DNA of 64,000 nt from Cycas panzhihuaensis (lineage: Eukaryota > Plantae > Cycadophyta), in contig CM041465.1 of NCBI GenBank assembly GCA_023213395.1, forward strand, positions 184,519,741 to 184,583,740, in the 5' to 3' direction. A model generated the notes under the pieces. It worked only from the letters and a program-made list of their open reading frames with translations. It had not been told where the DNA came from and did not search any database. Numbering within the stretch: the first letter of the stretch is position 1; each line of letters begins with the position of its first letter. This document shows, piece after piece, positions 53,102 to 64,000 of this stretch. Position numbers and translations under genes: made by a program.

Positions 53102-53430
53102 TATTAATTTATAATGACATCTTTATATACTTTTATGTATTTGTAACTTAAGTTGTAACTTTATGTTATAATCCTAGTTGAGGGTTATCACCCACCTTTG
53201 CCTTATAACAAACCAATGAAATTTAATCTACATGAGGCCCAATCAAATATAAGTGGGATTGATATTAAGACCTCTATAAATTAAGGCCATGTCCTCACCC
53301 ATGATAATGATAGTTGATAAGAGTCAAAACTCTATCAAATTTTATATCGGACATCAATTGATTTAATCCCTGATTATTTTAATATATTATGTTCATTGAA
53401 TGTGTACATGATATTCTTTTGATGAGTTTA
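53102..53430 (+). repeat. 5' LTR of element G (probably truncated at its 3' end)
   Basis: Direct repeat of 63470-63797. Confidence 0.85.
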
Positions 53431-56299
53431 TTTATTTGATACAAAAGAGTTAAATATCTTCTTTTATAAAATTAGATTAATTCTAATTTTTAAAATTAGT
53501 ATCCAAGTAATTTCTCTTGTATATACTCATCTTACAAGTAAGTAGAAGGGTTTGAAGATGTATATCAAAAAAATTTCCAAGAAGCAATGGAAAATTTAAG
53601 ACAAATTAACTCATCCTACAAAATTTGAGTGGTTACATTACAAATTTTTGGGTAATAAAGAAAATATTATAATATATTTAATTTTTGCCTATTTTCTGTC
53701 ACCAATCTTAAAGGTAGATTTACTACCTCAACTTTAAATAGCCATAACTTCAACTATAAGTATTCAAATAACCTCAATTTATTTTTAATTCAATGTATTT
53801 TTTTCCCCTTATTTTCAAATAGAAGTGGTTTTAAGTTAATCAAAGGTTTGAACAAAAAGTTACTTACATTTTATTGGAGGATACTTTTATAGTCTAAAAA
53901 TGCTAAGGTAAAACCTCCTTAAAAGAATTATAAATTTTAATACAGATATTAGAATTTGATTATGTTTGAACCATTGGGATTGTAATTTAGAAGCCATTAT
54001 TATGGACCACATTTTATGCATTTTTAAAGCCACTATTTATCAAATATCTAAAATTGATATCAATCATTCTATTTCATAAAGGATTTTATTATAATTATTT
54101 GAGAAGCATTTTCCACTTATTTTCTAAGTTAATATATATGGTGCTTTGTGACTGTAGGTGCTCTTCTTATTTATGGAAGGTTACTTTTTACCTTTTAGTA
54201 GTGGTCACTTTTTTATTAAGGACTCTAAACCCTTTCTTCATATTTATTTACTATCTTTGTTTTTATTCATGTCTCCCACTTTTCATCATTAAAATTTAAT
54301 TTTTCTATCTTTAAATAAGACCATATTAAAAGGAATTTTAAACTCAAAACATTAACCAAGATAATTACTAAATTGAATTACTAGACTACCAATCTATCAA
54401 GGGGAGCAATAAAACCCCTAAAGTTATAACTCTTGCACATGTGAGTTGCATTCACTTGGACAAGTAGGATAAGGGGGAAACTTACTATAAGGTATATTGA
54501 GTGATGGATTGAGGTATAAAACCTTTTCTTTGGTACTTCAAGGCTAGGCTAGCCTAAAGGAGGTGAGTGTAGTAGGCCTAATAGAAGAATAACAAACATA
54601 AGCACTAATTCCAATAGGTAACAATATTATTCAAAGAAAATTATAGTATTACATAGTAGGTTCATTCAATTACAATAGATAAGATATAATTACAATCGTG
54701 TACCATAGATAATACTTCTCAATGGTAATAGATTATAATAGATAATATGTATTCACAATAGTAAATGCTTATAACATAATTTAGTATAGATATATATCAT
54801 TTATATATGTATAACAATGACATATGTAAATAATAGGGAATGATATTAACAGATAATAACACCTAATACAACATCCAGTAATTGATGAACCCTCTTTGAT
54901 GTAAGAGTGGCCCTCCAATAGGCTTGAGGCCCTAATGGCACAAAGCTATTTTTTCCCTAATATATAGAATTCTCTAAGATTGTTTATAAATGAGAAAGGC
55001 TATAATAAATTCCCCTTATAAAATAGATTTCCTTTTATTATTTTAGGAATGATATAATTCCCCTCCATTTAAAATAATACTTTGCCCTTAAAGTATTGAG
55101 AATTTTTGATACAGTCTTGATGAGTTTCTTCCAACTAGCACCTACTAGATCCTATATGTCATAAAGATTTAACTTGATCTTACATCTTTCATGGAACTTT
55201 GATAGCAAGTATCTTGAATTTACTAATGTTTATTCCACAAGCTAGGTACATACTTTATCTTATGCTATATCAAAATGATCATAGGACTTATGAGGTGTTA
55301 CAAATATCTTGTCTTAGTCTTGCCTTATGTTTGTATATTTTATTTTCAAATGGGAAGAATTTTTGTAGACAAGGGGAGTAAAATAATAAGAACTTGAGTG
55401 GTGATTCTGGGAAAAGAATTGAGCATAATTATCTTCAAATGATGATTTTTTATTGTGAATAAAATAAGAGGTAGGATTATGAACTAAGATGAGGTATAGT
55501 ACTGAAGGTATAGGAAGAAAGGATAAATTTTGGTATTTTCCTTGGATGGAGATGAGAATTTATATAGGCTTTATTGGACCACAACACTTTTTGGGAGAGA
55601 AAGATAGATGGGGAATCGATGATAGATGTTCTTTATGAAAAAAAGGCTTTAATAGTTTTTTAGGAATGATATTTAAATAAAAGAAAAGATTTAATGGAAA
55701 AAAATAGTATTGATAATATGAAATTAAAGGGGTTTGGGAAAATCCAAACGAGGTTTTGTGAGGGATAATACCAAGTGTTGAAACCTAATAAATGGATTGA
55801 AATTGAAGAATATCCTATTGAGAATGGTCTATTAGGTGAAGGAGTACATATGTAAATAGATGAACTAGGATAGAAAATGAGAACTAAGATTTTGTCCTAT
55901 GAAAAAACTAGAGTGAAGAGAATTATGATTATGGATAACTATGAGATTGGGAAAATATGGCTATTATATTTGGGAAAGAGATGAGACATATAAAACTACC
56001 AAATGAAATACACATGTGCAAATTAAGATTTGGAATCAAGTTGAGTACCTTGTGGGTCTTGCTCGGATGTTTAACTCCCTCTACATCTTGTATAGGAATT
56101 TCCTTAATTTGTTCCTCATCCATTTGGTCTTTTCTTGGCTACTTATTAATGACTTTATGCTCCTTAAGCCTAGATTATTTGTCATAGTACTTAGCTTCAA
56201 CCTATGTGTTATTGGTGTTAAACTCTTCTTCAAGATGATTCATTTTTTCCTCTTTTTATTTTGGGACTTCAACCTTGCTGTGTTATAATTGTTGTATTA

Positions 56300-56650
56300 C
56301 TTTTTCTTGAGGCCCCTATGGTGGTCCCTAGATCTCTCTAACAATGGTCGATTCTTCTTCTTTTATTGCACTCTTATCAGAGCCCTGGAAAGCTACTCTA
56401 AGATGTATTTTCAACTAATCCCAATTATAAATGAAACTTTCTTTAGACCAATTTTTATACCATTGATAAGCTTCATCCTTCAAGTAGTCTTGAATACCAT
56501 AGTCATTGAAATTTATATTTGTTGAAATTTCACAGTGTATTTCAACATGTTGAAGCCAATACATAGTTGTTATGCCTTCTCTTAGTGTGAATGGATCAAT
56601 GTTTCAAAGTTTCCATGTTGTATACAAGGATTGCTATAGTCACTTTATTG
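56300..56650 (-). pseudogene. gag: Gag remnant of element H
   Basis: Minus strand reads, across a frameshift, FKTT.KDEAYQWYKNW...NWD.LK.HLRVAFQG, typical of the retrotransposon gag domain. Confidence 0.6.
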
Positions 56651-58230
56651 TCTCAACTGCTTTTTCCAAGTCTGACTGTATTGTTATTTTTTCCTTTTTA
56701 AACAAAAAGTTACAATTTCAAAGATTAAAATCTTTATCATTCGATGGTTTAAACTATTATATATGACCACTTGTTATGATTGTCTCTAAACTAGAAACCT
56801 AATAGTTTAGACAACACTGTAATCCAATAATTATAGCTTGAGATTTAGAAAATAAAACTAGAAAAAGAAAATAAATAAATAAAAGAAAAGAGTTAGGCCC
56901 TTTATATCTTTTCCCTTAGTCATATAACATCATCACATGACCCCTCGATGACCATTCGAGGGGTAGACTCTATATAATAATGGGGAGTAATTAAATTTTA
57001 TAAGACTTAGAATTAAAAAAAAAAAAATTAAACCTTTTGTCTCTACGAAGGTCAAAATTTTATCAACCAGAGATTTGTGATGGATTAAACTTAATGATTT
57101 ATTGACCGAGATCATAATTTATTCTAGTGAACATTTTCTTCTTACTACGGCTACTTGAATTTTATATTCAAATGATCTTTATCCTACTTAATGCTATGCT
57201 TTTGCTGTGTATTATTCCTTTATTGCTTGCCTTATCAAGTGTAGCTAATGGTGGGGTATAAGTGATTGAACAACTGCATTTAGATCAACTCAGCCAAAGA
57301 GCTACAATTTTATGACCTTTATTTCAACCTCCCACATCCTCAATATAATCAAAACCTTGAAAGGTGTCTACATATCCTTCATAACATAATGATTTTAGTC
57401 AAATTTTACAAATGTAGTGAGGCAAACAATAGTCAGCAGAAGCTCACATACAGGAATAACTACTATAGTAGCTAGGCTCTTTAATGACTAGTCATGATAA
57501 AATGATAGGAAACCATGGATGGCAACAAGAGTGAATGGATAAAGGCTAGGTGATATAGATCCACCTCTTTACATGCCAACAAAATCTCCTTGTTGGCAAA
57601 CCCTCCATGGTAAATTAATATGCTCTGATTTCTCAACATCAATTAATAGATGTAGACCTTTAATCATCCCAGTGAATGAATATATCGATATAGGGTGCTT
57701 GTGTTCTATATCCTCTTGCCATTTATAAGGAGTATACATAGATACAAATCAATGCCTACAATTCTCCTTCTATGCTATTCATTTGAATAAAGCAACAACG
57801 AAAAACTCTTTCATCTTTAGGGAGGATATTCATAATCTCACAACTTGAGGTATTGATTTATATAATTGACTCTTACTGATTTGATAAAAGGCCCAACACA
57901 TTAGAAAGTCTCTTGGCATGAAAGCACTTTGTGGGGTTTTTTAGAACTTTAGATAGATATAAATGGCAACTTCTAATTATGCACTAGCTGAGTGCTAATC
58001 TTAACCTCTGCAACCCTTTTAACGAGGTTCTAATTTTTTGTCTCTTTAGCATAAAACCCATATTGTTTTTAGCAGGCTTTGATATTTCTAGTACAACCTT
58101 AGATCTTCTTTTCATGTAGCTCTAATACTAGTTGTAGTAGGCCTAATAGAAGAATTATAGATAGAAGCATTAATTCTAGTAGGTAACAATATTATTCAAA
58201 GCATATCACAGTATTCTATGGTGGGTTTAT

Positions 58231-58578
58231 TTAATTATAGCAGATTATATATAATTACAACCATGTACCATAGATGATACTTCTCAATGCTAATAGATTA
58301 TAGTAGATAACACATATTGTAAACCCTTATAACATCATTCAATATAGATATATGTCATTCATATATGTATAATAATAGTATATATAAATAATAAAGAATG
58401 ATATTTAATTATAGCAGATTATATATAATTACAACCATGTACCATAGATGATACTTCTCAATGCTAATAGATTATAGTAGATAACACATATTGTAAACCC
58501 TTATAACATCATTCAATATAGATATATGTCATTCATATATGTATAATAATAGTATATATAAATAATAAGGAATGATAT
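58231..58578. repeat. 174-bp tandem duplication inside the 5' LTR of H
   Basis: 58231-58404 and 58405-58578 differ at one position by eye; single copy in the other LTR. Confidence 0.95.
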
Positions 58579-59176
58579 TAATATACAATAACGCCTAACA
58601 CAATGTCTAATAGTTGATGAACCCTCTTTGAGGTGAGAGTGACCCTTTAGTAGGCTCCAGCTCCTAATGGGATGGAGCCATTTTTTTCAAATACATAGAA
58701 TTCTATAAGACTATTTACAAATGGGGGAGGATACTCTATTTATAGCCTTTAAAACTACCCTCTTTATTTTTTTCCCTTTAAAAAACCAACTTTATAATAA
58801 AATAAAATAAAAAATTCATCTTTTAAAAATCAACTTCACTATATTAAATTCCCCTTATAAAATTGACTTCCTTTTATTATTTTAGGAATACTATAGGGAG
58901 TACCTTGGTTATAGTCCTTTATTAGATTTATCACTTGGCATAAATCTAGTGCAGGTGGATTCATAGTGTTAGGGGGTAGCCAACATTCTATACTCACATA
59001 CTAAGGTATATAAAACTTAATTTGTTTACATATTGATATATATAAAGTCCCTAAATTGCCATATATGGGTAGGTTCCACTAGATAGAATGTTAACTGAGA
59101 GCTTTTTAGAGATATTGAAACTCTAAAATTCTAGCTTAGTAACCCACTAAGTAGATAGTATATAATAGCAACCCAA

Positions 59177-62100
59177 ATGTTGATTTCAAATATAATTAAA
59201 CTATTAAAGAGCAATAATTTTTTCGCTTGGAAGAAACAAGTCAAACACCTCTTAATTATGAATAATTTTTGGGCTTATGTATTTGGAGACATACCCAAAC
59301 TTATTCCTATATATGACCTAAACAACACTCATAATGTGATCCCTCCAAACCCTATTGGCCTTGTCACCTTTAGAGCTAAGGATAATATAGCTCTATCCTT
59401 CCTTCACCTAGATATGGAGGATAATGTGGACCAAAATATTAAAATGATAAACTCCTCTCATGAAGCCTAGAGCATCATATGTTCCCTTTATGAGCAGAAG
59501 GATGGCTCCAAAACCATCATGTTAAAAGCATACTTATATGCCATACCTTTTTCTAGTTCTATTCTATCATATATGACCAAAGTCAAGTCCATTAGGAACT
59601 AACGCAATATTCTTCGAGCTGCTCCTTTTAACCATGATCTTATTGTTAGAGTCATAAATATCCTTCCCTCCATATATAATAGTTTTATCTCTCATTTATT
59701 TGATGACTTTACCACTATGGACTTCAATACCTTGGAACAATTACTACTAAAGGAAGAGGATATAATGAACTATTAAGGAGTAACATCCTTTGTTAACATT
59801 GCTCTTGCATTCACAACTATGAATCATGGGAGAAACTAATCTTAATAATTGCCTCTTGTCTAGTTATTTCGTTTGATAAATTTGAACTAACTATTATAAA
59901 GCCACGACACTAGTAGAGGAGACAGAATATTACCTGCTTATATTATGGCAAACCTGGGCATGTGATCATAGACTATAGAAAAAGATAATTTGATCTATAA
60001 CACATACAAACCTTAATTAGATAATAAAGGGGCCTACATCAATAATAGAATAGAGGCTATGGCTAGGATAATAGATAACAACAAAAAAGAAATCAACCCA
60101 AGAATTAGAATTAGGGTAGTAATAGGAATTTCTAGTAACGAGGCCATGTGGATAATTCCTAGGCTATTCCCATAACCTATTCTTTGTCATACTCTCTTCT
60201 CATCATTCTGATAATTATTGTTTGATAGATTGTAGTGCCACTCATCACATGATATGCATTGGAGAATACTTGAAGGAGACCACATTTTCTCAAGTATAGA
60301 TAGTCATATTTGGTGATGACATTACATATGATATGGCTAAGATTGGGAAAGCTCCCAAAGACCTCAAGAATTTAGATATCTATCATTATATAAGCAATGT
60401 CCTTTATATTGTTGGTATAAAATAAAATCTACTTTCTATGAGTTAAATTTAGAAGTAGAACTTTGATGTACTTTTTAACTAGGAAATATGCATTATTTTA
60501 GACCACTCAACTATTCAAGTAGTAGTAATAGGACATGAAGATAATGGACTTTATAAACTTAATGGTATCCCACTTTCTACTACATAGGATCAAAACTCAT
60601 ATGCCATTATGCAGTCTAATCAACTAGATAAAGGCAAGTATAATGTTATAAAAAACCCATCTAATTAAATGTAAGGTAAATATTCTTATAGCCAAGACAA
60701 CCTATTTAAAAGTGTACTAAAGACTAATTATGGAATCAATACCTTGGTCATCTGAATATGTAGAGACTTAATCTCATGTTTAGATTTCAAATGGTACATG
60801 GGTTTCTAAAGATCAAACAAAGTAGATGTTTCTATAAAGCCTGCATTGCTAGAAAATAACATAGGGAACCTTTTTCATCTAAAAGGGCTTAGTGTTCAAC
60901 TAAACTATTTAGATTAGTTCACTTAGATGTCTATGGACCTATGTTAATACATCCCCTTAATGGTAGTTTGTACTTTATCACTTTCATTGATGATTATTCT
61001 CAGAAAGTTGGGGTTTACTTTCTAAAGAACAAGTTTGAGGCCTTTGACAAATTCAAAGATTTCAAAGTTGAAGTGGAAAATGAATCTAGCATGATAATCA
61101 AGATTTTTTATTTAGATAATAGAGGTGAGTATACTTTGAATTAGTTCACTAATTTTTATAAAGAATATACTATCAAATGCTAGTTCTCAACTCCTTGAAC
61201 TCCTTAATAAAATGTTATTACTAAATGCATGAACCAAATATTGGCGAGTAAGGCTAAAGTAATAGTCAAAGCTATAAACCTTGCTAATTCATTTTAGGCT
61301 AAGCTATTCACACTGCCATTTACTTGACAAATAGGATCTCAACATTAATCATCATAAATATTACATCCAAGGAGGCTTGGTTAGGTAAAAAACCTATAGT
61401 CTCATACCTCATAACATTTAAATGTACTTCCTATAAATTTATTCTAAAGAAAAATAAAGTAAAATTTGATGATAAAAGCTTGAAATGTATCTTTATAAGC
61501 TATATACTTAGGTGTAAATCTTACAAGGTATATGACCTTATTGGGAGATAGACATATTCATCTTGGGATGTTATATTTATTAAGGACAATAAAGACATGG
61601 ACCAATCACAAATATAATTTCTTACAAATGATGATATTGATGTTTTAAAAGCTCCTCTTGCACAAATTATGGACCCTTCTGCTCCTTTAACTTCATATAT
61701 TCCAAGTCCTTCATCTACTTCTCTTGCATCACCAACTACTTTTATGACAACCTTTGCATTATCATCTCTGTCTCCAAACAACATTCATGTTGAAGTTGAA
61801 AGCATATAAAAGCTTTCTAAGTGGTATTTATAAGTTATAAAAGATGCTCTACCACCTCCTATAGAACCTAAAAGGCCATTAAAGTTAATTCATATAATAA
61901 ACTTTTCCTTAATGGAACAAGTTCTTAACACTCTAATGACTTCCATTTTTGAGGAGGTAGTTAAAGACCAAATGTGGTATGCAACTATGGATGAGGAGAT
62001 GTATTCCATTCTAAAGCATGATACTTGGAAGCTTACTAAATTCCCTCTTGAAAAGAAGCTAATTAATTATCATTGGCTTTCTAAACTAAGTATCATGCTG

Positions 62101-63460
62101 ATGACTCCATTAAAAGACACATAGCATGTATTATTGCAAAAGGCTTTAAATAATAAGAAGGAATTGACTATGATGATACCTTTACAACTGTTGCCAACAT
62201 GACAATATTTAATGTGGTTATATTACTAGTAGCCCAATTCAAATGTCTTGTTTATCAAATAGACATAAAGAGTGATTTCTTTAAAAGAGACCTTTCTAAA
62301 GAAGTTTTCTTAGGACAACCTCCTGATTATATTGTTCTTAGAAAAGAACATTTAGTTTACAAGCTCAAGAAAGCTCTATATGGACTTAAGGAAGCACCTC
62401 ATGCCTGATATATAAAGATTGATGCCTTCTCTCTCATGCATGGATTAAACCATTTATTCTCAGATCCCAATCTATACTTTTAGATTTGTAACAACTTAAT
62501 CACTGTTGTTGTTCTCTATATTGATGACTTGTCTATAATTGAAAATAATGATGAAGAGATCTCTTGTCTCTAATAAGAATGTAAAAGTAACTTTGAGATG
62601 ATTGACCTTAGATTACTTCACTATGTTTTAGGCATTGAGGTATGATAAGAACCATGACACATTTTCTTAGTATAATCCAAATATATGAATGATCTCTCAC
62701 AATGATTCAAAATGAGTGATTGTAAACCTTCATCTATACCTATGGAAACTTATACCAAGTTGATCATGGATGAACAAGACAAACCTATTGATTCCATTCT
62801 TTACGAATAGCTTGTGAGAGTTTGATTTATCTTACTCACACTTACCTTGATATTTCATATATAGTTGAGATTTACTCTAGGTATATATCTCAACCTAAGA
62901 TGTTACATTCAAAATCTACCATCAAAATTATCAAGTATATTTGTGGCACATTATAGCTTGGACTAGACTATAACCAAGTTGAAACTCCTATTTTAAAAGG
63001 ATTCACTAATACAAACTGGGCTGGTTGTCAGGATTCTTACCATTCTACTTCAGGATATTATTTTGACTTGAACTCAGCTACTATTTCTTAGAGTTGTAAA
63101 AAATAACCTAATTTTGCTCTTTCATCTACCAAAGTAGAATATAAAGTAATTGTTCATATTGCTATAGAAGTGATCTAGTTATGTAAGATTTTTATAGAAT
63201 TTAGTCTTGAATGAACTCTTATATATTGTGATAATAAGAGTATATTGAAGATGATCGGTAACCTTATTTTCCATGCATATGTAAAACACATTGAGGCCCA
63301 TCATCATTTCATTTGTGAACATGTGCAAGATAGATAAATTCATCTAGTGTACTAATTGACCCAAGACTAGGTTGCATACATATTCACTAAAGCACTTGGT
63401 AAACTAAAGTTTGAAAGGTTTTGGCATAACCTCGACATCAGAATCAATGAAGTATTCATT
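59177..63460 (+). pseudogene. Degenerate Copia gag-pol of element G
   Basis: LKSNNFFAWKKQV (gag), TCLYYGKPGH (knuckle), LIDCSATHHM (PR), YFITFIDDYSQKVGVYFLKNK (INT), YQIDIKSDF and KLKKALYGLKEAP (RT), KHIEAHHHFICEHV (RH). Confidence 0.95.
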
Positions 63461-63469
63461 AAGGGATGA

Positions 63470-63800
63470 TGTTAAATTATAATGACATCTTCATGTACTT
63501 TTATATATTTGTAACTTAAGTTGTAATTTTGTGTTATAATCCTAGTTAAGGGTTATCACCCACCTTTGCCTTATAATGAATTAATGAAATGTGATCGATA
63601 TGAGGCCCAATTAAATGTAAGTGGGAGTGATATCAAAACCTTTATAAATTAAGGCCATATCCTCACCTATGATAATGATGGTTGATAAGATTTGAAACTC
63701 TATCAAATTCTATATCAAGCATCAACTAATTTAATCCCCTATTATTTCAATATATTATATTCATTGAATATATGTATGATATTCTTTTGATAAGTTTTGA
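63470..63800 (+). repeat. 3' LTR of element G (may extend to ~63833)
   Basis: Starts TGTTAA after the PPT; repeat of 53102-53430. Confidence 0.85.
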
Positions 63801-64000
63801 TATGATTCCTTCGGGGATTCATTTACACTTGATCAAAAAATCAAAATATACAATATAAATAGAGCATAAAGTCTTATATCAAATGGGCAGTAATAATTTC
63901 TTATTCAGAAACTAGGTTCCTTTACATCTATAAGGCCTTAAATAAGCAAAATGACCATTTAGTCCATGAATCTAATTAGAGAGGCATTCAACCTTTATTT

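Larger units (their letters stand above)
54568..58895 (-). mobile_element. Element H: non-autonomous Gypsy (chromovirus-like) LTR element
   Basis: LTRs 54568-55056 and 58133-58895; PPT complement ATTCCCCTCC at 55057-55066; degenerate iMet PBS complement GCTCTAATACTA at 58119-58130; TSD GTGAG/GGGAG; gag remnant; no RT. Confidence 0.85.
53102..63800 (+). mobile_element. Element G: Ty1/Copia LTR retrotransposon with nested insertions between the 5' LTR and gag
   Basis: LTR-like repeats 53102-~53430 and 63470-~63800; PPT AAGGGATGA at 63461-63469; full gag-pol. PBS and exact LTR 3' end not resolved. Confidence 0.72.

Noticed and set aside
63808-63812. CCTTC matching the 5 bp before G's 5' LTR as a TSD
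   Set aside because: Would require the LTR to end in ...GATT rather than CA, and LTR-LTR homology does not reach this point; may be chance

Overview
Plant nuclear DNA, most likely from a gymnosperm (gymnosperm-type plastid trnH-ycf2 insert; Tat-type Gypsy elements with an extra RNase H downstream of integrase). The window is a stack of nested retroelements and I found no host gene. Left to right: (A) a young, GC-rich, non-autonomous Gypsy/Tat element encoding only Gag + protease (1-7883), inserted in the 5' LTR of (B), an old complete Tat-type element (gag-PR-RT-RH-INT plus a separate downstream aRH ORF; about 7884-26419). B's span also holds a truncated Copia (D). B sits in the gag of (C), another old Tat element (26420-~50450). 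C's pol is split by (F), a non-autonomous LTR element (29215-48996). F contains a full-length L1 LINE with a perfect 18-bp TSD (29840-36471) and a minus-strand Copia (E, 38764-48359) whose leader carries a ~3.3 kb plastid fragment (trnH-GUG + 5' ycf2). The right end holds a plus-strand Copia (G, ~53102-63800) with a non-autonomous chromovirus-like element (H, 54568-58895) upstream of its gag. All coding regions are pseudogenised as assembled. The most unusual signal is a small hairpin + TAAACTAY motif repeated just downstream of the coding region in every Tat-type element here. The pol-less element A keeps it as three 85-bp units, each with a long hairpin. All alignments and translations were done by eye; identity figures are rough estimates.
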